A DNA stretch of 64,000 nt. It comes from a virus. The translations under genes and the position numbers were made by a program. The stretch is from the IMG/VR virus record IMGVR_UViG_3300045988_121635; one strand, given 5' to 3'. The notes under the pieces were generated by a model, which was given only the letters and a program-made list of their open reading frames with translations, was not told the origin of the DNA and searched no databases. This document shows, piece after piece, positions 46,501-56,317 of the stretch (position 1 is its first letter; every line of letters starts with the position of its first letter).

Positions 46501-49500
46501 CGCCATTTTGAGATACGAAGCCTTGTTATTTGATTCGGTGCGCGCTGACTGTTCCGATTCTATATCATTCCAAAACCGATCGTTGAATGACAGGTGACCA
46601 CCCAACATAAGCGTTCTCAATGCAGCTTCCCCTCCTGATTCGCTCTGAATCGCTCTCAATTTTTGCAAAAACGATTCTGATACGGCATTAGTAACATTAT
46701 TTGATTCCTTTCTCCAAACTTCATTTATAGCTTGTATTTCTTTGGCCATCTTAAGTTGGTCGCCGGTTTTTTCCACTCTCCTGGTTCCTACATATATGTA
46801 TTCTGAAGCTGCTTCTTTACGTTGTTTACGAAGCAGTCCTTCTTCTTCGTAATTGCTGCTTTTAAAATAGGCAACTTCATCAAAATTACCACCGCTATCA
46901 ATAAAAGGCTGCCTCAGTATCCGTTTTTGCCTGGATAGAGCATTAAGGTATTCTTTGGTTGTTTGAGAAACTGGATGCCCTAATTCTTCTTCAGCCTTTT
47001 TGTATATGGATTCCATTCTTGTGGCATAACTTTCACTAAATTCCAGTTCCGAATTTTCAGCATCCCACTTTTCCATCTGTTCCGTATAGATCTTTTCCTG
47101 CTCGATGGTAAAAATATCGGTATTAACCCTATCAGACGATGGTTTGAATTTAGCGTTTTCAGTAACCGTATTTCCATCCTTGTCAACTACTTCTCTTTTA
47201 AATACGTAATTACGGTTATTGTCAACCACATCACCAATTTCTTCTTCTGATATCTCTATGTTCATGGCAGTCGCAAACGCTCGCATCTGCGCCAGCTTCT
47301 TATTACGATCGTATTTAGCCATATCAAGAGCACTACGAAGGTAATTAGAAGTTTTGCCGTCTACTTTCTGAAGCAGTTTTTCAAATTCAGATTTGTTAAA
47401 ACCATGCTTTTTCGCATATGCCAGGAAATCGGATATGGCGGGCTGGGCATTCACCATCGCATTGTAATTGTCTTTGGCAATCATAGCTCCAAGAGCGTTA
47501 TTGAACGGACTGGAAGAATGCTCTAATATACCAAACCACCTACTTATCCAAGAAACATCGTGTTGAACCTTGTCGAAAAATTCTTTTACTCTCTTTACCT
47601 TATCTGCCGGCACATGAAGTTCGTTCATTAACTTATCAAGCAACGTACTTTCATCAAGGTCTTGTACTGATTTAATATCAGACTGAATACCATTGATGTC
47701 GGCAATGACGGTGTTGATCCTATTTGTATAATCCTGCTTTTCACGTTCATCAAATTCGGTACTTCTGTTACGGATATATCCTCGAAGATCGTTCATGATC
47801 GGAAGAACCTGATTGTTGATAATATCTACGTTCTTTCGATCATTGGTGTTGAAGTGAAGCTTGCCGTCTTTGGTATCACCATGAAGGATGGTGTTCACCA
47901 CATTGCTTAAGTATCTGACCTGAGCTTCGGCTGTGGAGATCATGCTGTTCATGGCAGCCGCCATCTCATTCTTGTCTATTTCGGTCTCTACCTTATTTAT
48001 CTTATCTTCTATGGTCTTAAGCTGCGCAAGGGTCATAGACGTAGTTACAGCCCTATCAGAGCTTATCTGACGTAAGTCTCTTAATGTTTTTCTTAGTGAT
48101 CTGATCTTAGACTCAAGAAACTTGTTCTTGTTCATAGAAGAAAGGGAGTATAATGTAAAGTCATTATCCTTTAACAGAGAGGTGTCAAATCCTTTATCTA
48201 TGTCAGTAATGGCAAGATCACGAATGTTTTTAATAACGTTATTCAAATCTTGTCTTTGGGTTGATAAAGCTGATTTAAGCCAGCTTACGATTCCAGAGAA
48301 AAGCTGCCGGACGCGCCCCAGGAAGGAGGTGGGCTCTACCGGCGCCTGTGCTGTGCCGGCCTGCATCTCCCTGGCGAGGATCTTTCCAAGAATTTCTCTC
48401 CTAACAGCATTATCAAGCTCAGCTCCTTCATACGCTTTACCGTATGTATTATAATACTGACCTGCATACTGGTTCCACTCTTCCGTACCTTCTACATCTT
48501 GCAGAACAGCCTCAACAGCATTCTGATCTCTGTATGCCTCTACAAGAAAGTGGGCTGTTTCTTCTACTAAATCAGATAAAGTAGCATCTTCACCAACTGC
48601 TATTACGTTATTAGCAATATCCGCCAATGCCTTAGCAGAAGGTTCGTGCCCGTATTTGGTTTGGTACTTCTCTATATAGTCGGTCATACCTATGACACTA
48701 ACGCCAAGCGTTTTCAGTATCTCGACAATAGAATTTCGTTGGTCACGTTCCTGCCTGCTATAATCTGATACGATCTTAGCTTTAGTATCAGCATAAAGAT
48801 CGTTATCTTCTAATATGAATGAAACTACAAGCGCATCAAAATGATCGTACTTGGCGTCCAATTCATTGTATCTTCCTGACTTAAGATCGTTCTTTATCTG
48901 TTCCCTACTAATCCTTTCCGTTCCTCCGGTGGCGAGTCTCATAGTTACCTTACTGTTATCCAACGAGCTTATGGTTATCATACCTTGGTCGTTCATGGAA
49001 ACATCGGAACCAAAATGATTACGGAGCTCGGTGTATGATAAGGCTGAATTGAAAAGTCTAATTTGTCCTGTATGACCTTCTCCTGTAAGATAATAGCTTC
49101 TTGTTTCAGGATCGAATATCTTAGATCCGGACAAAAGACCTTTCTTTATAAGGTAGTTAATTATACCACCTTTTGTTGATAAAGAAGTAGAAGCAGAAGC
49201 GGTCATGACCGGTATAAAAGATTTGGGATTATTAAGAACATACTTTCCAGCTTTGTAAGTAATGTCTGCCACGCCATCCACGGTAGATTCTTGAACGGTG
49301 CCTGATAAGAACCCTATTCTGATATCATTCCCGCCAGAGCGAAGAGCTTCTCCGTAATCTTCAAATAATTGACTACGATCGTTCATGAAAAACAAACGAG
49401 GCTCTCCAGTCTGATACGTTACACCCACAGGATTAGAATCTGTTTCTGGTAGCTCTTCTGGGCTAAATATCTTAAGACCGTCTTTTATAACCATATAATT

Positions 49501-50022
49501 AACACCCTTATCCTGTACCACAGATACGGGAGTGAAGTCCGAAAATATAGCATCTTGTAAATACTGCCCGGCGTCTATTCCTGGTTCTTCCGGTACGGAA
49601 ATACTTGATGGGATCATAGCATCCACCAACATAATATTATCACCCAGATCTTGGCTATAGAATCCGAAGCCTGATTCTTGAATCCCATAAGTTGCATCTG
49701 ATTTTGATACAAGAACAGGATTACTCATCTTAGAAGCCTTATCCAGCACCCTTTCTCTATAGGCTTCTGGGATAAGATCGATGTTGGATTTTACCTTATT
49801 ATAAGCCTGTTTGTTGATAGGCACTCTCTTTCTCCAGTCGCCAAAAGCCTTTAAGAACTTGTTGGAAAATACGGTTTTAAAAACAGTAGTAGCCCGCTCC
49901 CTGTTCTCCATAAGAGGAACAGATGCTATTTTATCAAACAACATAGACCTGTCCCCTGATCTGGTAGAGACAGAAACAACTTTCTTTTTATTATCTCTTT
50001 TAATAATACACGTTGATACCAT
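43576..50022 (-). CDS. giant 2148-aa protein of unknown function, largely alpha-helical/coiled-coil with hydrophobic segments near C-terminus; candidate virion/ejection-associated protein
   Basis: single uninterrupted 6.4-kb ORF; no enzymatic motif recognised by eye. Confidence 0.7.
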   Translation of the reverse strand: MVSTCIIKRDNKKKVVSVSTRSGDRSMLFDKIASVPLMENRERATTVFKTVFSNKFLKAFGDWRKRVPINKQAYNKVKSNIDLIPEAYRERVLDKASKMSNPVLVSKSDATYGIQESGFGFYSQDLGDNIMLVDAMIPSSISVPEEPGIDAGQYLQDAIFSDFTPVSVVQDKGVNYMVIKDGLKIFSPEELPETDSNPVGVTYQTGEPRLFFMNDRSQLFEDYGEALRSGGNDIRIGFLSGTVQESTVDGVADITYKAGKYVLNNPKSFIPVMTASASTSLSTKGGIINYLIKKGLLSGSKIFDPETRSYYLTGEGHTGQIRLFNSALSYTELRNHFGSDVSMNDQGMITISSLDNSKVTMRLATGGTERISREQIKNDLKSGRYNELDAKYDHFDALVVSFILEDNDLYADTKAKIVSDYSRQERDQRNSIVEILKTLGVSVIGMTDYIEKYQTKYGHEPSAKALADIANNVIAVGEDATLSDLVEETAHFLVEAYRDQNAVEAVLQDVEGTEEWNQYAGQYYNTYGKAYEGAELDNAVRREILGKILAREMQAGTAQAPVEPTSFLGRVRQLFSGIVSWLKSALSTQRQDLNNVIKNIRDLAITDIDKGFDTSLLKDNDFTLYSLSSMNKNKFLESKIRSLRKTLRDLRQISSDRAVTTSMTLAQLKTIEDKINKVETEIDKNEMAAAMNSMISTAEAQVRYLSNVVNTILHGDTKDGKLHFNTNDRKNVDIINNQVLPIMNDLRGYIRNRSTEFDEREKQDYTNRINTVIADINGIQSDIKSVQDLDESTLLDKLMNELHVPADKVKRVKEFFDKVQHDVSWISRWFGILEHSSSPFNNALGAMIAKDNYNAMVNAQPAISDFLAYAKKHGFNKSEFEKLLQKVDGKTSNYLRSALDMAKYDRNKKLAQMRAFATAMNIEISEEEIGDVVDNNRNYVFKREVVDKDGNTVTENAKFKPSSDRVNTDIFTIEQEKIYTEQMEKWDAENSELEFSESYATRMESIYKKAEEELGHPVSQTTKEYLNALSRQKRILRQPFIDSGGNFDEVAYFKSSNYEEEGLLRKQRKEAASEYIYVGTRRVEKTGDQLKMAKEIQAINEVWRKESNNVTNAVSESFLQKLRAIQSESGGEAALRTLMLGGHLSFNDRFWNDIESEQSARTESNNKASYLKMAHDIISSTTSDRDATDVDSIVKDIEKNKAIIKEIIGNNRDVADIGEINEATFTSSERDAFRAASEAIEADYAILIDYAKMVGLEDIDKYLTKSNKAENEVNQSYLNALADSKEVEWKFVQRHTTAKKAKRIQALRDKLFKAADNRYLFTVSETNYLSEKLGISKELDGRDFRNAVNAKMASLFLNNTREEGIEADIKAGIEEANAIVNEFARSQVFSYYKRMAPTGYAAMIDKIGRGEIDVAQMVKDVQNGTSTQDYGMDISYLSFDPARAWVAESEAENSGRNPDYVKDHGYGHRMPKKSLYRDESYFNDFGIKYDVDGNEVATKNVEQWNMIQKLKEIKRQSLDLYKEQSPNLYAIPQISKQDIERIEGLGINFKNTVRNFVSDLCLDRVDDSLYGKTRQGEVYDPEDRLRSIPKYYIYELENQDDVSHDFGYSYSMLMMQSSLYNEKQKSIELAQGLEQMLLNKQFEGGKKAEATQAYQMFRDFFNDHYYGIRMNTKRLTVNIGGYTVDLTRIMMAVERFMSVMNLALSPFVAATGALTGHINLIMESAVGQYISKDSLKYASAEFSRLAPSCIAETGDIDRKSKLYVIGERMGIFNIRNRMYGAGYNRAARTLMRSPMYAFMEILNYPLDPQVMIATMDNVRYYKGRFYTLQDFKMEKERNKEQSTIKREWNALKDRTLWSMVDVVDGKVVVKPGSGVTVEEVETQMAITRNQVRSLSQICNGSLNEENRTAASRNWIARFMTAHRGWLVLAAQRLWKRRGFNFQTMQEEEGLSITLKNMIAKTFSLASESGMKNIIDAWNENKDNMNEVEKTNLKRLSVYAGTFLIMQAVSMLLAGWRDDDENEESWLTQFGSYVGFRTINEIASQMPFIMELNVVDIINDPFVMGRKLKDLTDLRNYSLDKVTSGTYKGEFKLFRQLAKQTFIKQWYNIKTPEDVARAYNWWQQTNNKSMMFFIGATPDSEGDEDTSYK

Positions 50023-50164
50023 GATAAAACATTTTTGTTATGAGACAAAGGTAGTTAAAAATCAAGCATATCATAAAAAATAAAGCCATCTAACTTCTCA
50101 GTCTGATGGCTTAAAAATGATATGAAAAAAAATTATAATCTGACGAAAAATCGTCAAGTTCAGC

Positions 50165-50557
50165 TTATATGTAATGCATGTACCCATCTCGGTGTATAAA
50201 CCTTCCCGATTCAAAGCGCTCAATATCTTCAGGGCAAATAGGGCCCGAATCCTCTCTCCTGGCTTCAAACCAAAGCCCCGGCTTACGAAGTCGGCAAGTT
50301 ATGATATAATTGAAGCAATTGTGCGTAAAATGGAAAACAGATCCTACAGGGAAATACCTATCAGCTTGAAATACGATTCTTTTTCGTTTAGTATCAAACG
50401 TGATATCCCCTACTATCTTAGCCACGTAATAGCTTCTGCCATTTAACGTTTCATCTGTCTGCGGTATCCAATAATAACCTCTTGCCATGCCACAAATATA
50501 TAAAAAAAGTCGGACAAGACACATGCCCGACTTTATATTACTTTGATTCATTTTCAA
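50165..50557 (-). CDS. hypothetical protein
   Basis: ORF 130 aa. Confidence 0.45.
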   Translation of the reverse strand: MKMNQSNIKSGMCLVRLFLYICGMARGYYWIPQTDETLNGRSYYVAKIVGDITFDTKRKRIVFQADRYFPVGSVFHFTHNCFNYIITCRLRKPGLWFEARREDSGPICPEDIERFESGRFIHRDGYMHYI

Positions 50558-50697
50558 ACCGCTTTATAAGAGAAGCAATATCATCACCACAAATAAACAT
50601 CATTCGACGTTCTTCTTTTGGTTTATGAGACACTGGAATGGTTTTGTTTATCTTAATCTGATTCGCCAGACCTCTACCTAAACGAATATCAACTTTT

Positions 50698-51015
50698 TTA
50701 CCTTTCATGAATTATTTGTTTAAACAGATCAATTCCATCTATTATAATATGACCGCTTTGCATACGACCATTATTAGGATTGTAAAGAAAGTTGAAACCA
50801 CTTTCTTTTTCCTGTCTTTCAAAAAAACTGATATCCTTTCCTCTACGGGCTCTTTCAAAAGCTTTCTTGAACAACTTGCCTCTAAAGGTCTTGACGAGGT
50901 TCTTGGTAGCGTTATTGCCGGCTCTTACCATTGCTTTCCTTGCCTGGTCCTCCGAGACAAAACTGCTTCGGAAAATATACGATGTTGCTGCTTGTATATC
51001 TTGCTTGGTGATCAT
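50698..51015 (-). CDS. hypothetical protein
   Basis: ORF 105 aa. Confidence 0.4.
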   Translation of the reverse strand: MITKQDIQAATSYIFRSSFVSEDQARKAMVRAGNNATKNLVKTFRGKLFKKAFERARRGKDISFFERQEKESGFNFLYNPNNGRMQSGHIIIDGIDLFKQIIHER

Positions 51016-51362
51016 ATGACAAACATTTCTTTCAAGATACTGATATTTATTGCGTATATCATTTTCATTTCATCTTTATCATATACGTCAAAAAAGGATT
51101 TACTTAAGTCCTTTGAATCTTCGCTCAATTGAATTATGCAATTACCAGTATAAACCTTAAGCTTGTAATTATCGGAATATATATCATGCATGGTTTCAAA
51201 TGTCTCAATTAAATTTTCAACAAGTGCTCTGTTAAATGAAAAAGATTCTTTACCATCACCTTTAAATGTGATATGATCTAAATCCCTGTTGTCAAATTCA
51301 TACTTTAATTGATTGCCGTCCATCATATCATAAAATATTGACTTTCTGATTATAAATCCCAT
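51012..51362 (-). CDS. hypothetical protein
   Basis: ORF 116 aa. Confidence 0.45.
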   Translation of the reverse strand: MGFIIRKSIFYDMMDGNQLKYEFDNRDLDHITFKGDGKESFSFNRALVENLIETFETMHDIYSDNYKLKVYTGNCIIQLSEDSKDLSKSFFDVYDKDEMKMIYAINISILKEMFVI

Positions 51363-51379
51363 ATTGTTTTATTTTTTAG

Positions 51380-51685
51380 TTAATACAAATCTTCTGAATA
51401 CAACTGTTCTCTAATGGCATTTCTATCTACCACCATCTCCTGATTATTGTTTCTAACAAGTTCAGACGCTTCCTCTCTTGTTAAAAACCGATTCTTGCTT
51501 GTCAAAAATCCTTGAACACTGCGGTTTTTATGAGCTATTCCGTATGCCGCAAGTTGCGATATTATGGAACAGTGTCTCAATCCACAAAATACGGTTCCAG
51601 ATGGTATATTTACTGGACCGTGAGGCTTGTTCTTGTGATCTTGAACCCATATAGCTGCACATACAACAATTTCCTTATCACACAT
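51380..51685 (-). CDS. hypothetical Cys-containing protein
   Basis: ORF 101 aa. Confidence 0.45.
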   Translation of the reverse strand: MCDKEIVVCAAIWVQDHKNKPHGPVNIPSGTVFCGLRHCSIISQLAAYGIAHKNRSVQGFLTSKNRFLTREEASELVRNNNQEMVVDRNAIREQLYSEDLY

Positions 51686-51688
51686 AAA

Positions 51689-51964
51689 TCAATAATTTAA
51701 AATACCGTTTTTACCAATATGCTTCTTTTCTTCTTCAGTAGGCCATTCTTTCTTGAACTTACCGTGCCACGTTCCAGGAACTACCACCACTTCGCCTCCC
51801 TTACTATATTCAATAGCGGCACATTCAGAACAAAGAGGCTTGCCTTCATATCCCTTTAGCGACTTATCGTAAATACGATTCTTACAAGGTCTTATAAGAG
51901 CCCAGTAATATGATGTGGCTGTATTATCTATACAGCCACATTTTGAACATACAAACAAACTCAT
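51689..51964 (-). CDS. hypothetical Zn-ribbon protein (CSKCG...CSEC)
   Basis: ORF 91 aa. Confidence 0.45.
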   Translation of the reverse strand: MSLFVCSKCGCIDNTATSYYWALIRPCKNRIYDKSLKGYEGKPLCSECAAIEYSKGGEVVVVPGTWHGKFKKEWPTEEEKKHIGKNGILNY

Positions 51965-52824
51965 CCCGCAATCTCCCAGTCATTAGACATAATATCATGT
52001 TCGGTTGGATTCCAATTTGATGCTACTTTTTGACCTGTATCTACCATCAATATATTTACGTCAAATATACAGATATACTTTTTACCCCAATCGATTCTTT
52101 TTATCTTACTACCTAATTTAAGCCGTTCTAAAGCCTGTTCGAATGTCATGCCACGACGAGGCAGTTTGAGATACTTTTTAAGTCTGTCGGCAGCTTCATT
52201 TGGTGTATGGCCATCGTATTCGAAAGCGGTCTCTCTTTCAGGAACATCAAACAAATCCCAGTATTTGCTTTCATAGTGATTAGATACCTGACCGGTAGGT
52301 AGGATCGCCATCACAATAAACCAATCATCAGAACCGAAGCATTTTTCTCCGTCGCTGTGTCTCCTTGATTTGCAAACTTCAACCTGTCCGCTTCTGGCTA
52401 ATAGATTAAAGAAGGCAGCGTTATACAACATGCGATACCGATACAATTCATTGAAAGTGTGGTATCCGTCAGAGACTTCTCCCACGTCTACAGGCTTCTT
52501 GTTTTGAATACTACCCAAAATCTTCTCTACATAGAGCTGTATTTTATACAGACCCATTTCGGTGTGGCCGTATTTGTTCAAGATCTTATTGACATCGTAT
52601 TGTATATTAAAATCTTTTTCAAATTCTACTTCAGGATGATTAGGATAGAAGTAATCTACTGATGCTTCTAACACTGACTTTACGTGTTCTATTATCCTCG
52701 CAACATCATCATGTTTAAAAAAATGCTTAAATCTTTCAACGAATTTAATATCTTCGTTGATTGCTGATTCGAACTCTTCTTTTGTCATCACTCTAATTAC
52801 ATCTTTAAAATCCTTTAATTCCAT
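51961..52824 (-). CDS. hypothetical protein
   Basis: ORF 287 aa. Confidence 0.55.
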   Translation of the reverse strand: MELKDFKDVIRVMTKEEFESAINEDIKFVERFKHFFKHDDVARIIEHVKSVLEASVDYFYPNHPEVEFEKDFNIQYDVNKILNKYGHTEMGLYKIQLYVEKILGSIQNKKPVDVGEVSDGYHTFNELYRYRMLYNAAFFNLLARSGQVEVCKSRRHSDGEKCFGSDDWFIVMAILPTGQVSNHYESKYWDLFDVPERETAFEYDGHTPNEAADRLKKYLKLPRRGMTFEQALERLKLGSKIKRIDWGKKYICIFDVNILMVDTGQKVASNWNPTEHDIMSNDWEIAG

Positions 52825-52847
52825 GATTTATTTTAAATTAGTTGTTA

Positions 52848-53480
52848 TTATACTTTCTTTATCTTACAATACAAACCCCACAAAAACTCAGCGGAGAAAC
52901 TATCCCATACATTATTCTTCTGCCAAAGTTCTACTTTGTTAACAAACCAAGACCATATGGGACCCTCATATGAAGAATCAGATGATGATCCCAATCCGAT
53001 TTTCTCCATTTCATTCGCCACATCAGAATAAGGATCTAAATCGACTCCCCTAATCATGTTAATAATATCATCCTTGTCTAACGCAAATTGAAACTGTTCC
53101 TTATTAGGCGGATCTTGATTCAATTTACCAGTAGCAAACCATTCTCCATCATGATACAATTCGGCAAGTTTCTTTACATTATTTTTAAGAAAAGAATACT
53201 CTTGTATGACTTCCATAAAATCAGCTTCGTTAGCTTTACCCTCTATGAAGATAACGGTTTTGCTTCCAGGTCTATGATCGTCTAAGCTTGCCGGGATTCC
53301 CAATATCGTCCATCCTTTAAACTCAGCTATCTTAAAACGCATGACGTCAAACACCTTATAGAAATCATCACAATCTACAGATTCTATTACCTTAATATCC
53401 TCTTCTGTGAATCTACCTCGTATTGGAATAACGTGATGACCGGGGCAGCCATCGGTTCCGAAATATGCGATTCTAACCAT
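52848..53480 (-). CDS. hypothetical protein
   Basis: ORF 210 aa. Confidence 0.5.
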   Translation of the reverse strand: MVRIAYFGTDGCPGHHVIPIRGRFTEEDIKVIESVDCDDFYKVFDVMRFKIAEFKGWTILGIPASLDDHRPGSKTVIFIEGKANEADFMEVIQEYSFLKNNVKKLAELYHDGEWFATGKLNQDPPNKEQFQFALDKDDIINMIRGVDLDPYSDVANEMEKIGLGSSSDSSYEGPIWSWFVNKVELWQKNNVWDSFSAEFLWGLYCKIKKV

Positions 53481-53481
53481 A

Positions 53482-53685
53482 TTATATATAATATTTTAGT
53501 TGTTCTGAAATCCTATATTTACTTATATCATCGCACAGGTTACACCCTCCCGTACATCCACAAACCGAACAATACGAATCTCTTTCTGCCTTCGATCTGG
53601 ATTGAAAATATCTTACGGCCTTAATCCAGGTAGGAGAAACTATCTTACCAGAGAAAGAAGGTATGTTAAAAAGTAGTGTTTTCAT
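53482..53685 (-). CDS. hypothetical Cys-rich small protein
   Basis: ORF 67 aa. Confidence 0.35.
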   Translation of the reverse strand: MKTLLFNIPSFSGKIVSPTWIKAVRYFQSRSKAERDSYCSVCGCTGGCNLCDDISKYRISEQLKYYI

Positions 53686-53900
53686 GATTTCGTTGAAACA
53701 TTCATATAATACGGTACATCCACCACATCTCTTCTACGGATGCGCTTATCAAAATAGGAAGCCATATAAGTATTTTTACCTTCGTGATCAGGTCTGGGAT
53801 CGAAACATTCAAAAACGAATCTTGTTACACCTTCCAAATGACCAAGCATGAAAACAAATTCGCCACCGTATCTTTTATTAGCTAATTCTTCTACAGTCAT
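53682..53900 (-). CDS. hypothetical protein
   Basis: ORF 72 aa. Confidence 0.35.
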   Translation of the reverse strand: MTVEELANKRYGGEFVFMLGHLEGVTRFVFECFDPRPDHEGKNTYMASYFDKRIRRRDVVDVPYYMNVSTKS

Positions 53901-54160
53901 AACCTATCCCCTCCCAATCCTGAATTGATGCTAACGTACTTGACACGAACTTCATTTCCACGTCCAAGCTGACCCCAGCCGGGCGATGGCGTTCCCTTAG
54001 CCGGAGCAGGGGCAGCCCTAAGCCGAGACCAGTCCTGCTTTTGCCTCATGGCTTCAGCCTCTTTGTAATACCGGTTACACAGTTCTTGATCTTCGTAACC
54101 AACGTAATCTTCCTTATTTTCCATAAAAAAATACTTTTTCAACAAAAGTACGACATTCAT
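53897..54160 (-). CDS. hypothetical protein
   Basis: ORF 87 aa. Confidence 0.4.
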   Translation of the reverse strand: MNVVLLLKKYFFMENKEDYVGYEDQELCNRYYKEAEAMRQKQDWSRLRAAPAPAKGTPSPGWGQLGRGNEVRVKYVSINSGLGGDRL

Positions 54161-54187
54161 AAATTAATTAGATTTAAAATAAAACAA

Positions 54188-54230
54188 TATGAATTAAAAT
54201 AAAAACCCGATACGTTAAAATCGCATCGGG
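54188..54230 (-). terminator. minus-strand intrinsic terminator: hairpin CCCGAT-(13 nt)-ATCGGG at 54206-54230 followed on minus strand by U-run (A-run 54188-54205 on + strand)
   Basis: stem and A/T tract read directly. Confidence 0.55.
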
Positions 54231-54574
54231 CCTGGTATTGGGAAAAATAGGTTCAGATCTTGGGTAAAGATTCGAGCCAATTTTTAACATCTTTATATTT
54301 AGGGTCTTTGTCTATTCTATCTTTCAGTTCATGCAATGCTGAGTCCATAACCGTATTCGGTACGCCAATCAACTCTCCTATTAAATACAATGGGGTTTTA
54401 TTCGATTTAGATTCGTGTGCTATATTCATGTCAAAAAAAAGTTATGTGAAACAAACCGGCCACGGGTATTCTATTGCCCGCCGACCGGTATAATATTTTT
54501 ATTCCTTTTTTTTCCAAACGGGAAAAACGGGAATGCGGGAATCATATTTTTTTTACTATGGCTCCCGCACCACC

Positions 54575-54612
54575 GGAAGGACCTGGGTCTGGATCTCAGG
54601 TCAGATCCTTCC
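54575..54612. terminator. long hairpin GGAAGGACCTG...CAGATCCTTCC overlapping stop of 54596..54889; followed on + strand by TTTATTTTTT
   Basis: 10/11-bp stem read directly. Confidence 0.45.
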
Positions 54613-54889
54613 AGTTTATTTTTTCGCCGAGGTAATCTTGCACGGCAAGCCATCTTATAAAGGCTACTCCTTCGGGAGCATCCGGATCATCCAAATACAT
54701 TAACGTAGCTTTCACCAACTCGTTCTCACATTTGAAGACCTTCGGAAAACCATCCGAATAGTACATTGCAAAGACATATTGGACATCGCCCCATGTCGCT
54801 TTATCCGGCTTCTTCGCTCCGCACTTTTCAAAAATATCTTTTATTTCCGGCTGCTTCCAGATCCTCTTGGATCCATCGACGTTGACCAT
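54596..54889 (-). CDS. hypothetical protein
   Basis: ORF 97 aa. Confidence 0.45.
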   Translation of the reverse strand: MVNVDGSKRIWKQPEIKDIFEKCGAKKPDKATWGDVQYVFAMYYSDGFPKVFKCENELVKATLMYLDDPDAPEGVAFIRWLAVQDYLGEKINWKDLT

Positions 54890-54982
54890 CTTCTTTACCG
54901 CCTCATCAGCGAGAGCATTAGAAAAATGGTAGCCGTAAGTATCTACATATTTCTGATAAGCTGGATCCTCTGCGTCTGCTCC

Positions 54983-55351
54983 TCAATAAGAACGACCTCT
55001 GCCACGTCCGCGACCTCTACGCATCTGAGGTCCGTCACCGTAGTATCTGTCGTCTCCATAGTAATCGGTCGGGTAGGATTCGTAACCCATCCTCCGGTAT
55101 TCCCGGTCCTCCATTTCATGACGACGTTCGCGCTCTTCAAGCCTTCTTTCCCTTTCTTCCAGCTCGTTTTCGCGTTCTTCCATTTCCTTCATCTTCTCAT
55201 GCATACCGTAATGGTCGTAAATACCACCACCGTACCCCATGTACGTCCCATCAGAACGCCGGCTTCTGCCTCTGCCTCCACCTCGTCTGTCTTCTATCTC
55301 GTCATATCCAGGATATTCTCTGTGTCCTGAATTTAAATCATATACTATCAT
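54983..55351 (-). CDS. low-complexity Arg/Gly/Glu/Tyr-rich protein (RGRGRGRGR C-terminus, ER-repeat coiled segment); probably disordered nucleic-acid-binding
   Basis: composition; ORF 122 aa. Confidence 0.45.
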   Translation of the reverse strand: MIVYDLNSGHREYPGYDEIEDRRGGGRGRSRRSDGTYMGYGGGIYDHYGMHEKMKEMEERENELEERERRLEERERRHEMEDREYRRMGYESYPTDYYGDDRYYGDGPQMRRGRGRGRGRSY

Positions 55352-55358
55352 ATTATAC

Positions 55359-55853
55359 TTATTTCAAACGTTCTACAATTAACTTCTTTAAATCTTCGAA
55401 TGAATCAGTAAGGTCATTCACCTTATTTTCTATACCAGCTATTTTACGATCCTGCTCTCTCGTTTGTTTGAATGCCGGATTGATGTCTTCTAATATAGAT
55501 TCACAAGCCTCTATCTTGGCACGATGGGCATCTACGCTGTTTATTATGTCTTGACTGGTGTTTTTTATAGCATTCAGTTCGTTCATAATCGGATCTATGC
55601 TGGTAGATAATGTTATGCCCATAGCCTTAGCCACATTCTGGGATTCCGGGACCGTATAGGTCTTGGTTTCGCCAGTGAGCTCTACCGTCAGATCCACCAC
55701 GCGGGTCTGCATCGCCTGATACTGACCTGGCTGAGGAGGAAGATACCTGGGTTCGGATACGGCTACTACCTTTCCCAATTCGTATTTAGGTACTGTATTA
55801 GTATCAAGGGTATGTACCTGAAACCCTTTCTTCAAATCTGAAAACATGATCAA
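55359..55853 (-). CDS. hypothetical protein
   Basis: ORF 164 aa. Confidence 0.5.
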   Translation of the reverse strand: MIMFSDLKKGFQVHTLDTNTVPKYELGKVVAVSEPRYLPPQPGQYQAMQTRVVDLTVELTGETKTYTVPESQNVAKAMGITLSTSIDPIMNELNAIKNTSQDIINSVDAHRAKIEACESILEDINPAFKQTREQDRKIAGIENKVNDLTDSFEDLKKLIVERLK

Positions 55854-55903
55854 AATATTAGTTAGGTGAAAATAGGGTGATGATCTTCATCACCCTACTG
55901 AAA

Positions 55904-56317
55904 TCATTTACCTGCTTTAACTTCAGACGCCTGGGCTGTTGTTGTCGGAACACAACAATCCATTAATCTTAACACGCCACGAACTTTATTGAAGTACAGA
56001 AGGCGTTCTGTGCCATTTACCATAGCAGCACCCGTGACAGCTACGTTAATAGGGTTCACGACATTCACTCCCGTAACCGGGCAACAGGTGTCGGCTCCTA
56101 CTGTTGAAACTGTGCTGTTTGCCGGGACCGCAATCTGTACCGGTAGAGCACTTCCGGCTGTGGGGACTACTTGCCTTATCTTAAGAAGGATAAGACCCTC
56201 ACACGGAAGGGCGATCCAAGCCCGTGGGTTAATACCGAAGACTGTATTTGTCGTACTGACAATAACATTCTTCGTAACCATCTCATACAACGATCCTATT
56301 TTAGAAACACAAGCCAT
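55904..56317 (-). CDS. hypothetical Val/Thr-rich protein
   Basis: ORF 137 aa. Confidence 0.45.
   Translation of the reverse strand: MACVSKIGSLYEMVTKNVIVSTTNTVFGINPRAWIALPCEGLILLKIRQVVPTAGSALPVQIAVPANSTVSTVGADTCCPVTGVNVVNPINVAVTGAAMVNGTERLLYFNKVRGVLRLMDCCVPTTTAQASEVKAGK

Noticed and set aside
44000-48454. Multiple 60-160-aa ORFs on the + strand inside the giant minus-strand gene
   Set aside because: They are antisense to a continuous 6.4-kb ORF, have no coupling signals, and show low-complexity translations.
54260-54493. + strand ORF with lipoprotein-like LSFSSC motif in the late-block spacer
   Set aside because: It needs a TTG start, has no ATG until mid-ORF, and is on the opposite strand to all neighbours. 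It is kept only as a remote possibility.
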